Source of the DNA: Minisyncoccota bacterium
Lineage (GTDB): Bacteria; Patescibacteriota; Minisyncoccia; Phycocordibacterales; UBA9973
Assembly: GCA_030157745.1 (NCBI GenBank)
Contig: JAOAUE010000027.1
Span: 1,314-47,665 of the forward strand
Length of the DNA stretch: 46,352 nt
Direction: 5' to 3'
The position numbers and the translations under genes are program-made. How positions within the stretch are numbered: the stretch's first letter is position 1; each line of letters opens with the position of its first letter. Shown here one piece after another: positions 33,424 to 41,903 of the stretch. A model generated the notes under the pieces. It did no database searches. It worked only from the letters and a program-made list of their open reading frames with translations, and was not told the origin of the DNA.

Positions 33424-34104
33424 TTATTTTGGTGAGACTATACAAACAAACTCTCCTCGGCACTTGTCTTTGTGCTCTTCAAAATACTTGGCGAGCTCTT
33501 CTCCAGAACCAAAAATATATTCTTCAAAAACTTTTGTCATTTCTCGAGCAATAAAAATTTCTCTGTCAGAAATAACACCCCCTAACTCTTTCATAGTTTT
33601 GACTATGCGGTGCGGAGACTCATAAAAAACAACTACGTGTTCTATATCTCTTATTCGCGCGAATAGTGTCTGCCGGCCTTTTTTGTGCGGGACAAAACCA
33701 ACAAATTCAAAATGATCTGATGGGTACCCAGAAACTGATAAAGCCGAGATAACAGCTGACGCTCCGGGCACAGGTACTACTTTGGCTTCCGGGTATAACT
33801 TGCGAAACTCAGAGACGAAAAAGCTCCCTGGGTCAGAGATGGTCGGAGTGCCCGCGTCTGTAACCAAAGCTATATACTCATGGCTTCCACAACGCTCCAG
33901 TGCCTTTTGTAGGGCATTTTTGGTACTCATAGCATGACTTGCCACAAACTCTCTATTTCCTTCTATTCCAAGGAGTTTGAGCAACTGACCACTAGTACGA
34001 GTATCTTCTGCCACTATCAAGGTAGCTTGCTCTAGCACTTCCTTAGCGCGAATAGTGACGTCCTTCAAGTTCCCTATTGGGGTTGCAACGATAGATAAGA
34101 CCAT
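33424..34104 (-). CDS. rsmI: 16S rRNA (cytidine-2'-O)-methyltransferase RsmI
   Basis: VATPIGNLKDVTIRAKEVLEQATLIVAEDTR and TDAGTPTISDPG are tetrapyrrole-methylase-fold RsmI motifs. Confidence 0.85.
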   Translation of the reverse strand: MVLSIVATPIGNLKDVTIRAKEVLEQATLIVAEDTRTSGQLLKLLGIEGNREFVASHAMSTKNALQKALERCGSHEYIALVTDAGTPTISDPGSFFVSEFRKLYPEAKVVPVPGASAVISALSVSGYPSDHFEFVGFVPHKKGRQTLFARIRDIEHVVVFYESPHRIVKTMKELGGVISDREIFIAREMTKVFEEYIFGSGEELAKYFEEHKDKCRGEFVCIVSPK

Positions 34105-34171
34105 ATATTTACATTATAGCACAAACTTGACTTTTTGTTAAGGTGTAGTAATCTAAAGAAAAACTCTAAAG

Positions 34172-34351
34172 ATGGTACTAAAATTAATAAAAAATTATGC
34201 TTTTCAAAAAGCTGTCTTCTATTTTCTTGCAATGCTTGCTTTTGGTTATGTTGCAATAATTAATGATAAAAATGCTTTACTGTGGTGTGGGGGTACCGCA
34301 CTAACCACAGGGTCATTTTTGTTATTTAGTAGCTGGGCAACGAAAATTTAA
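34172..34351 (+). CDS. small membrane protein (59 aa)
   Basis: Found by hand: MVLKLIKNYAFQKAVFYFLAMLAFGYVAIINDKNALLWCGGTALTTGSFLLFSSWATKI. The hairpin GTGGAGAAATCCAC plus T-run follows at 34364-34385. Confidence 0.4.
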   Translation: MVLKLIKNYAFQKAVFYFLAMLAFGYVAIINDKNALLWCGGTALTTGSFLLFSSWATKI

Positions 34352-34386
34352 ATTTTGTAAAATGTGGAGAAATCCACTTTTTTTTA

Positions 34387-34407
34387 TGCGTGTACATAGA
34401 ATCGGAC
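34387..34407 (-). repeat. partial copy of the tRNA-Ile 3' end (T-arm 3' half plus acceptor 3' strand)
   Basis: TGCGTGTACATAGAATCGGAC versus TGCGTGTACATGGAATCGGAC at 34983-35003, 20 of 21 nt identical. Both copies are preceded by a T-run. Confidence 0.8.
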
Positions 34408-34409
34408 AA

Positions 34410-34976
34410 TTATGCTTTCTTGGAGTATTGCCGAAGAGAAAGCAACGTCATTCCTCCGTCGAAAATAACGTAATATAGAACATACATATATTCTTTTAGA
34501 GAATCCTTTGGAGTAACAATAAACGCTAAAAGGCTTGCCAATGCAAAGAAAAGCCAAAATAGAACATTCTCTTCACTAGGTTTATGAATAACCCTAATGA
34601 GAGTCGGTAATGAACCTACGAAATGGGCTATTAATCCTATAGAAAGATTAATGATTGGAACATCTGCTACGAGCCATATAATAAGGCTTATGACCAACAG
34701 AACACTAGCAATAATTTCATTTCTAGCAAATATTCTATTTCCCTTACTAAAAAGACTGCCAAGAAAAATCAAAAAAGAACCAAAAGCCGCAACCCAAGCA
34801 ATGGCAAGTGTTGCCTTATTATTTTGAAGCTGGATAACACTAAATAAACTATTTACACCAAGAGCAAGCCATACAACCCGACTAAAAAGATTCGGCTTAT
34901 ATGTTTTCTTAATAATTGCATATATACCAAAAGCATATGATGCCAAAGCAAGAATGATAATAAAAGAGGTAATCAT
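34410..34976 (-). CDS. polytopic membrane protein (188 aa), unknown function
   Basis: The tracked ORF extends into the tRNA gene. The ATG at 34976 (MITSFIIILALAS) lies 6 nt after the tRNA 3' end. There are about 6 hydrophobic segments. Confidence 0.55.
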   Translation of the reverse strand: MITSFIIILALASYAFGIYAIIKKTYKPNLFSRVVWLALGVNSLFSVIQLQNNKATLAIAWVAAFGSFLIFLGSLFSKGNRIFARNEIIASVLLVISLIIWLVADVPIINLSIGLIAHFVGSLPTLIRVIHKPSEENVLFWLFFALASLLAFIVTPKDSLKEYMYVLYYVIFDGGMTLLSLRQYSKKA

Positions 34977-34982
34977 TTTTTG

Positions 34983-35054
34983 TGCGTGTACATGGAATCG
35001 GACCATGGACCTCCGTCTTATCAGGACGGCGTTCTACCACTGAACTATACACGC
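34983..35054 (-). tRNA. tRNA-Ile (anticodon GAU)
   Basis: Hand-folded cloverleaf. Acceptor GCGTGTA/TACACGC, D arm GTTC-AGTGGTA-GAAC, anticodon arm CCGTC-CTGATAA-GACGG, variable AGGTC, T arm CATGG-TCCGATT-CCATG, discriminator A, CCA not encoded. Confidence 0.8.
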
Positions 35055-35132
35055 CTAAGCTTGTGCTTCGGCGTGCAAGCACGCCAATAACAATAAGCTG
35101 ATTTATTATACTTATTTTACCTTTTTTTTCAA

Positions 35133-35215
35133 GCGAGGGCGCATAATATCATTTGCGCAGTGAGGACTCTGCGCAGGCATCCGCAACAAGCAAATGATAT
35201 TGTGCGTCCGAGCGC
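35133..35215. repeat. long imperfect palindrome between prfA and tRNA-Ile
   Basis: The arms GCGAGGGCGCATAATATCATTTGC and GCAAATGATATTGTGCGTCCGAGCGC enclose a ~33-nt core that has its own GCGCAG/CTGCGC hairpin. Confidence 0.65.
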
Positions 35216-35218
35216 CTT

Positions 35219-36169
35219 TTATTCCTCCCCTATACCTTCATCATCACCTACAGTAAATTCCCCACTCTGAAGCGCTTCTATTATTTTATCTAACTTACCA
35301 AGCATTATACCTGGTATATTTGAAAAGTTTTGACGTATTCGGTGATCTGTAACTCTATCTTGAGGAAAGTTGTAAGTACGGATTTTCTCACTTCGATCGG
35401 CTGTACCTATCTGCGCCTTGCGATCTCCAGAATACTTTTTGGCTTCCTCTTCTTCTTTCATTTGTTGAAGCTTGGCAGTTAGGATTTGCATCGCTTTTTC
35501 TCTGTTAGCAAGCTGACTTCTTTCACTAGTACTACGCACATCGATACCGGTAGGCTTGTGGATGAGGCGCACCGCTGTTTCAACTTTGTTAACATTTTGT
35601 CCTCCTGCTCCACCAGAGCGTGAGTACTCCATGTCCAAGTCTGCAGGATTGATAACAAAATTTACCTTTTTACGCATTGGAAGAATAGCAATAGAAGCAG
35701 TAGAGGTATGAATGCGTCCGTTTTTTTCTGTTGCTGGTACTCTTTGCACTCGGTGTACCCCTGTTTCAAATCGAAGTAATTTGTATACATCTTTACCTTT
35801 TATTTCTCGAGTATAGTCATCTAGATGACGAGTAGTCCAACCTTTACTATCAGCATAGCGCTCGTACATGTCAGCGAGTTCAGTAGCAAAAATAGCGGCC
35901 TCATCCCCTCCTGCCCCAGCGCGAGCTTCAAGAATGATTTCGTTGGGAAATTCCTCTTCTTCTTTTTCTGCCTTTTCTATATCTTTTATTTGGTTTTCAA
36001 TAGCCTCCTTTTGGACAACAATAGTAGACCTTTCTTCCTTGACCATATCAGCGAGACTTGGATCGGTAGCCAAAAGTTCCTCAAGATCTTTTTCTTGATT
36101 CAAAAGCTTTTCGTATTCTCCTGCCAAATATGCAGTACGAGGATTTTGTTTTAGTGTTTCTATATCCAT
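35219..36169 (-). CDS. prfA: peptide chain release factor 1
   Basis: The GGQ motif ([11 protein letters not shown]) and the PAT tripeptide (RVPATE) are diagnostic of RF1. Start taken at the ATG at 36169. Confidence 0.93.
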   Translation of the reverse strand: MDIETLKQNPRTAYLAGEYEKLLNQEKDLEELLATDPSLADMVKEERSTIVVQKEAIENQIKDIEKAEKEEEEFPNEIILEARAGAGGDEAAIFATELADMYERYADSKGWTTRHLDDYTREIKGKDVYKLLRFETGVHRVQRVPATEKNGRIHTSTASIAILPMRKKVNFVINPADLDMEYSRSGGAGGQNVNKVETAVRLIHKPTGIDVRSTSERSQLANREKAMQILTAKLQQMKEEEEAKKYSGDRKAQIGTADRSEKIRTYNFPQDRVTDHRIRQNFSNIPGIMLGKLDKIIEALQSGEFTVGDDEGIGEE

Positions 36170-36290
36170 CACGAACAAAATAGGAATTATATATTCCCTT
36201 GATTATCTAATAATTTGATTGGTTTCGTTTCTTTAGTCATAGTTTATATCTTATTTTGTACGTGATCCATGTATAATCTATTTTAGCAAA

Positions 36291-36388
36291 AAAGCCCGAA
36301 TAGGGCATTTTATGTTTTGAGAACTGTTTGAGGTCCGCCAGCTGGCGGACGAGTTTTCGAGAAATATAAAATGTCCTACGAGGGCTTT
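36291..36388. repeat. long palindromic element / terminator with conserved core (copy 2)
   Basis: The outer arms are AAAGCCC..GGGCATTTTAT / ATAAAATGTCC..GGGCTTT. The core is GAGAACTGTTTGAG (36319-36332), then a perfect 18-nt palindrome GTCCGCCAGCTGGCGGAC, then GAGTTTTCGAGA (36351-36362). Confidence 0.8.
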
Positions 36389-36394
36389 CTATAG

Positions 36395-36646
36395 CTACTT
36401 CTTTGCAGAAGCAAGACGCTTTTTGAATCTATCTACTCGTCCAGCAGTGTCGATAACTTTTTCGTTACCTGTGAAGAATGGGTGTGAAGCACTAGATATT
36501 TCAACTCTAAAAAGTGGGTATTCTTTACCTTTTATAGTGATAGTTTCAGTAGTATTGATAGTAGAACCAATGATAAATTGGGTATCTGACGAGTTGTCGT
36601 GGAAAACAACTTCTCTAAAGTTTTTTGGGTGAGTGTCCTTTTTCAT
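36395..36646 (-). CDS. rpmE: 50S ribosomal protein L31 (type B, no CxxC)
   Basis: [15 protein letters not shown] ... [12 protein letters not shown] ... GRVDRFKKR. Confidence 0.9.
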   Translation of the reverse strand: MKKDTHPKNFREVVFHDNSSDTQFIIGSTINTTETITIKGKEYPLFRVEISSASHPFFTGNEKVIDTAGRVDRFKKRLASAKK

Positions 36647-36702
36647 AGGCTCTTATTCTAGCATAGAGTGCTAATTTTTCAAGTTTTTAATACAAATAGT
36701 CT

Positions 36703-38067
36703 CTATCTTCTAGAAACACCATATTGTTTCAAATAGTCAATATCAGACTGAACTGAGCGGGCTATAGACATAACGTTGTTGCCGTAGAAGCTATTTGGTG
36801 GCCTCTTACCATCACAAGATCGTCCTGAATAATACCTACAAGCCGCATTTCTTTCGGCAGATTCTCCACCAACGGCTCCTCGGCGCTTGAGGTAGACCGC
36901 AGAAGCCATAATAGCATCTTGGGCACGCCAAGGGTTGGCGATACTAACACCTAAATCACTTGCGACTTCTTCGGCTACTGACTCCCATGTTGAAGGTATA
37001 AACTGAGCAGGGCCCATAGCTCCTCCCCAACCTCCTCCGGCAATAGGACAAGATACTGGTGTTGTATCAGGGTTAAGACCTAGTGCCTCAGTTATCCTCT
37101 TGAACGGAGCTTGGTCACGAGTAGGGCTCATAACATTTTTCCAACTCTTACTTGGTGGATCTCCGGCTCTATTACAAGTACCAACATTTTTTCCGAGATT
37201 TGATTCTTGAGTAAGAATAGCCAAAATAAATGCAGTACGAACTCCTGTCTTTGCTGACGCCGCCTCCGCATATTCATAAGCCTGTGCGAAAGGAATAGCT
37301 TTTGTATTTCCACCAGCAAAACTAAAGAGTTTGTTTCGTATCTCTGTAACTCTCTTTTGTCTTTCCGCCAAGACAGCTTGGTATTCTTTTTCTTTGCTTT
37401 GGCTTATTTGTAGTAATGTCTTTTTTTCTTTTTCAGATTGCTCAACAACTTTTTTTTGATAATCCAAAGAACTCTTGGCATCAAGCTCATCCTCTTTTTT
37501 GGACTCGAGTTGTTCTTTTTGATCTTCTGTTAGAGATTTGATTTGTTTTATCTTGTTTACTGAAGCATACAAAGATTGCTTCACAGAAAGAAAGTCATCT
37601 AAATCTTGATAAAAATCAGAAACGGAGTCAGCGCTAAGCAAAACATAAGTAGCGCCTTTTTGATCTATCTCATTGGTCTTTTTTATAAGCTGAGCCATAG
37701 AACTTCGCTCTCGACCTATTTCAGACTCTAGATCATTTATGGCCTTGGATTTTTGGTTTATTTCTTGACCAAGTTTGTTGATGGCTATAGTTTTGGCACG
37801 GATTTTGAGTTTGGCGGTTTCTATCTGAGAAGTGAGGAGGGCAACGTCTTTTTTGAGGGTTCCAGTTTTTTGTTGTTGGCTTTTTAGGATGGCTTCTTTT
37901 TCTTTTATTTCTTGCTCTAAAACTTTGAGCTCGGCTTCGAGTTGGGCACGCTCTTCTGCTGAAGTAACCTGAGCCAAAGCCAAGCTTGGCAAGCTAGCCA
38001 AAGAAGTAATACTAGTAGCAAAACTAATAGCAACAATCAATATAAAAATAAAAGCCTTACGCATCAT
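36703..38067 (-). CDS. secreted coiled-coil protein with a C-terminal lytic-transglycosylase-like domain
   Basis: A signal peptide is followed by ~250 aa of coiled coil and then AFILAILTQESNLGKNVGTC (E-S catalytic-type motif of SLT-like muramidases). Confidence 0.6.
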   Translation of the reverse strand: MMRKAFIFILIVAISFATSITSLASLPSLALAQVTSAEERAQLEAELKVLEQEIKEKEAILKSQQQKTGTLKKDVALLTSQIETAKLKIRAKTIAINKLGQEINQKSKAINDLESEIGRERSSMAQLIKKTNEIDQKGATYVLLSADSVSDFYQDLDDFLSVKQSLYASVNKIKQIKSLTEDQKEQLESKKEDELDAKSSLDYQKKVVEQSEKEKKTLLQISQSKEKEYQAVLAERQKRVTEIRNKLFSFAGGNTKAIPFAQAYEYAEAASAKTGVRTAFILAILTQESNLGKNVGTCNRAGDPPSKSWKNVMSPTRDQAPFKRITEALGLNPDTTPVSCPIAGGGWGGAMGPAQFIPSTWESVAEEVASDLGVSIANPWRAQDAIMASAVYLKRRGAVGGESAERNAACRYYSGRSCDGKRPPNSFYGNNVMSIARSVQSDIDYLKQYGVSRR

Positions 38068-38133
38068 ATGTAAGACTTTTATTATAACAAAATATTACTG
38101 TTTTTACCCTTGACTAAAGAGTGTAGGTGTTGA

Positions 38134-38772
38134 TTAGCTTGCAGGTTCTTCTGCTCCCTCTTCTTCTTTCTTACCTTTCTTTTCTACTTCAATAGCGTCA
38201 AGATCCAACACTGGTGTTTCTTCTTTTTCTTCTACAAAGGCAGAAACAGAAGCCACAACATCTTCGCCATCAGTTACAAGAGTTACCCCCTTTGGAAGAG
38301 CTAAGTCTTTGGCATGAATAACGTCACTAAGACTTGCAAGAGGAGTTAGATCCACAGTGATAGAGTGTGGTAGGTCAGCAGGCAAAGCTCGCACTTCTAC
38401 TTCGTGCATAACCTTAACAACCATACCGATACCTCCTTTTTCAGCTTCAGCAAGACCTGTGAACTCAATAGGCACAGCAACTTCTGCCTCTTTGTTCATA
38501 TCGATAACTAGGAAATCAACGTGAGTTGGTTCTCCACGAACTGGATCTCTCTGAAGGTCGTGAATCAAAGCTGACACCTTCTCTCCTCCCATATCTAGTG
38601 TTATAGCAGTAGTCTCCCCTGCTTCTCTAAAGAGTTTTATAAACTCTACTTTTGGTACAGAAATAGCTGTTGATTCCTTGCCAAAGCCGTAAAATACAGC
38701 TGGAATTCGCCCCCCATCTCTTAATTCTTCTGGTTTTTCACCTTGTCTTTTTGTTGCTTGTAGTATTAACAT
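38134..38772 (-). CDS. rplY: 50S ribosomal protein L25 / general stress protein Ctc
   Basis: GRIPAVFYG ... HDLQRDPV ... HVDF, plus an acidic C-terminal extension. Confidence 0.85.
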   Translation of the reverse strand: MLILQATKRQGEKPEELRDGGRIPAVFYGFGKESTAISVPKVEFIKLFREAGETTAITLDMGGEKVSALIHDLQRDPVRGEPTHVDFLVIDMNKEAEVAVPIEFTGLAEAEKGGIGMVVKVMHEVEVRALPADLPHSITVDLTPLASLSDVIHAKDLALPKGVTLVTDGEDVVASVSAFVEEKEETPVLDLDAIEVEKKGKKEEEGAEEPAS

Positions 38773-38887
38773 AGGGCTTTATTATACGGCAAAAGCCTAA
38801 AAATGCAAATAAAGGCAATCAATAATATTTACATTAAAAAAACTTGACTTCTGGTTTTATAATTGTATCATTATAAAAAATAAAAAA

Positions 38888-39307
38888 ATGGACAATTTAA
38901 AAGAATATTGGAAAACAAGCTCTTGCTTCTATAAGAAAATGGGGTTAGACCCTTCAAAAGACATGAAGCCTCTGGGAGATAATGCACTTATTTTAAATAT
39001 TGCTTCTATAAGTAAAAAATTTGAAGCTTACGAAGGGATTATCCATGGTGGTTATGTATCAACCCTTTTAGATTCTGTTGGAGGTATAACTGCTCTTTTT
39101 TTTGCTGATAAAAAGTTTGGGAAAATAGCCTTAACAAGTTCAATGAAAGTAGAGTTTAAAAGACCTCTTAGTCCTCTTGTAGAATCAAAAGTGATTGGGT
39201 CAGTTTCTGCCCTTACAGAAAATGGGTGTTTAGGAGAAGCAAAAATATACCAAAAAGACAATGTTGTTGCACAAGCAATATTTTCTTTCAGGTTTAAAAA
39301 ACCTTAA
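38888..39307 (+). CDS. hotdog-fold thioesterase (PaaI-like)
   Basis: IIHGGYVSTLLDSVGG matches the PaaI/YbgC-type active-site region. Confidence 0.65.
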   Translation: MDNLKEYWKTSSCFYKKMGLDPSKDMKPLGDNALILNIASISKKFEAYEGIIHGGYVSTLLDSVGGITALFFADKKFGKIALTSSMKVEFKRPLSPLVESKVIGSVSALTENGCLGEAKIYQKDNVVAQAIFSFRFKKP

Positions 39308-39337
39308 AAACCGTGATTGAGTTCATGGTTTTTTATT

Positions 39338-40999
39338 TTATGACCTATGATCTTGCTCATGCTTCCTTATGAGGTGATCGGTTATGTATTTGAACGAACC
39401 TCCTACCTTTTTGCCGGGGTTAAATATATATTCTGGATCAAATATTTCTTTGGTTTTTTTGAAAAGCTCCAAAACTTTTTCGTTATATATATAAGACAGA
39501 TACGGAGTGCGGATAATACCATCGTTGTGCTCAGCGGTGATAGACCCTCCGTAACGTGCAACGAGGTCATAAACTTTTTGTGACAAGTCCAAAATAATAT
39601 CTGAAGAAAATGGATTATTGAGGTCCATAAGAGGGATAATATGAAAGTTGCCATTGCCGGCATGCCCAGCAATAGTGTAGTCAAGTTTGTAGTGAGAAAG
39701 TATCTCTTGAAGTTCCGGCAAAAACTTCGGCATATCATGTGGACTAACGATAATATCATCTATAAATGGTGCAGTGCGCTTGCCTTTTGCATGATTGCGA
39801 AGAAGGGCAAAGCTCTCGCGTCTTATTTTCCAATACTTTTCTATTTCTCCTTTTGAGCGAGCTATCTTTGTCTGGAAACCAAATGGCTTTACAGCTTCTA
39901 GTATATCTCCTGCTCTTTTTTCTAAATCCTCTTCATCGTTCCCTGTTACTTCAGCCATCAGTATCATCTTTGGTACCCCACCACGAAGCACCAAAAACAT
40001 ATCAGGGATGAATTGTAATCCTAACTTGATAGCACCCCAAAACCCAAGACGCTTGAAAAAATCCCAGATAAATCTTATCGCCAGCTTCATACTGTAGTCA
40101 TCAAAGGATTCAAAACTCTCTGGCTCATAGCGCATAACAGTATCAACGACTTCACCTAGCTTATCGAGTTTGGACATATAGATGACAACCATCTTTGAAT
40201 ACTTTGCAACAGGCACAAGTGAGAACTCTATCTCTGTAGTGATACCGAGAGTTCCCTGAGAACCAACGATAAGTTTGTTGAGGTCAAAAATTCCTTTTTC
40301 TCTATCCCAAACATTCCAAAGGTAATACCCAGCACTATTTTTACTAACTTTTGGTTTGGCTTGTTGAAGCAAATCATAGTTTTGCTCTACGAGATCAAAG
40401 ACTTGTTTATAAATCCGCCCTTCGAAGTCTTCACGAGCTATCTTGGCCAAAAGTTCAGTTTTGTTTAGCGGTTTTACTTCATAAGTTCTGCCGTCAGAGA
40501 AAACAATTCTTTGTCTTTTGACATATCTTTCGACTTTGCCGTATTTGATGGTTTTTTCTCCACCAGAGTTGTTCCCCACCATTCCTCCGACCGCACAGAG
40601 ATCCTTGGACGCTGTATAAGCCGGCATGATAGAGCCATGTGCGAGAGTTTGTTTTTCAAAGTCTCGATAATAAACTCCGGGTTGAACAATAGCTTTTTCT
40701 TCGTCAACAGAGATAATGTTGTTGAGATATTTTGTAGTATCTAAAATAATAGACTCGTTCAGTGGTCCTCCGGACATACAAGTACCAGCTGATCTTGGTG
40801 TTATCGAGACTTTTGTATCAAGCTTTTTTTGCTCTTTTGTAAAAGAAACCAAAGTCTCTACATCAGCTTCATCTTTTGGAAAAACTACCACTTCTGGCAC
40901 AACCTCAAAAAGCGATGCATCATGGCTGTATTTTTCTAGAGTTTTTTCATCCTGCTCTATGTCGCCCTTAAAGACTTTTTTGAGTATTTCTAAATTCAT
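39338..40999 (-). CDS. FAD-binding oxidoreductase (GlcD / D-lactate dehydrogenase-like)
   Basis: The PCMH-type FAD-binding N-terminal domain (ITPRSAGTCMSGG, GGMVGNNSGG) is joined to a C-terminal FAD-oxidase domain (GGSITAEHNDG). Confidence 0.75.
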   Translation of the reverse strand: MNLEILKKVFKGDIEQDEKTLEKYSHDASLFEVVPEVVVFPKDEADVETLVSFTKEQKKLDTKVSITPRSAGTCMSGGPLNESIILDTTKYLNNIISVDEEKAIVQPGVYYRDFEKQTLAHGSIMPAYTASKDLCAVGGMVGNNSGGEKTIKYGKVERYVKRQRIVFSDGRTYEVKPLNKTELLAKIAREDFEGRIYKQVFDLVEQNYDLLQQAKPKVSKNSAGYYLWNVWDREKGIFDLNKLIVGSQGTLGITTEIEFSLVPVAKYSKMVVIYMSKLDKLGEVVDTVMRYEPESFESFDDYSMKLAIRFIWDFFKRLGFWGAIKLGLQFIPDMFLVLRGGVPKMILMAEVTGNDEEDLEKRAGDILEAVKPFGFQTKIARSKGEIEKYWKIRRESFALLRNHAKGKRTAPFIDDIIVSPHDMPKFLPELQEILSHYKLDYTIAGHAGNGNFHIIPLMDLNNPFSSDIILDLSQKVYDLVARYGGSITAEHNDGIIRTPYLSYIYNEKVLELFKKTKEIFDPEYIFNPGKKVGGSFKYITDHLIRKHEQDHRS

Positions 41000-41000
41000 A

Positions 41001-41861
41001 TTATTTAATCCTACTAAAAACTTTTAACTTCTCTTCTACTACCTTTTGCATTGATAACTTGCCGGCTTCGCCGTATTTGTACGGAGCAACATCCTCTGGA
41101 TTTTCTGCCATATACTTTTTGACTCCTTCCGTATAAGCCTTGCGAAGTTCTGTATTTATATGAACAACACAGATACCAGAGCGTATCGCCTCTTCAAAAT
41201 CAGCATCGTTACCAGATCCGCCGTGAAGAACAAGAGGTGTGTCTGTTGCTTTCGCTATTTCTCTTATCCTATTTATATCGAGACTTGGATCAACACCGCC
41301 TTTCATCATGCCATGGATGTTTCCTACAGCTGGAGCAAGCATGTCAGCACCTGTTTCTTTCATTAGTTTTTGGGCGTCTTCTACTTTTGTGAGATTTTCA
41401 AGAGATACACCCTCAGGAACACCATCTAAAACTTTTGAAGATTGACCTATATATCCAAGCTCTACCTCTACAATCACATCGTGCAAACTTTTGTGAGCAT
41501 ACTCCACACACTCTCTTGATTTTTCTATGTTTTCTTCTAGACTAAGTTTTGCTCCGTCAAAAATAACGCTGTCATATCCAGCATCAATGCATTTTTTTAC
41601 GTTATCGACACTATAATGATGATCAGCATTTAAAAATATAGGGATCTTGAGATTGCTTCTGATACTTCTTACCATCGCCACAGCCTCATTTATACCTATA
41701 GCTCTCTCTTCACCTTCAGAGACACCGACAATAACAGGCACACCCACATTTTGTGCTCCGTGAGCTATAGCCCAAAGCCCTTCAATATTTGAAAAGTTAA
41801 AATGCCCTATGGCTTTTTTGTCTCTTTTGGCTTCAGCAATATAAGCTCTTAGGGTTTTCAT
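41001..41861 (-). CDS. fba: class II fructose-bisphosphate aldolase
   Basis: Start at the ATG at 41861 (MKTLRAYIAEAKRDKKAIGHFNF). The LNADHH, GNIHG and VLHGGSG motifs are present. Confidence 0.88.
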   Translation of the reverse strand: MKTLRAYIAEAKRDKKAIGHFNFSNIEGLWAIAHGAQNVGVPVIVGVSEGEERAIGINEAVAMVRSIRSNLKIPIFLNADHHYSVDNVKKCIDAGYDSVIFDGAKLSLEENIEKSRECVEYAHKSLHDVIVEVELGYIGQSSKVLDGVPEGVSLENLTKVEDAQKLMKETGADMLAPAVGNIHGMMKGGVDPSLDINRIREIAKATDTPLVLHGGSGNDADFEEAIRSGICVVHINTELRKAYTEGVKKYMAENPEDVAPYKYGEAGKLSMQKVVEEKLKVFSRIK

Positions 41862-41903
41862 AAAACAATTGTACCACAGTGATAAAATAGCTATAATACC
41901 TTT

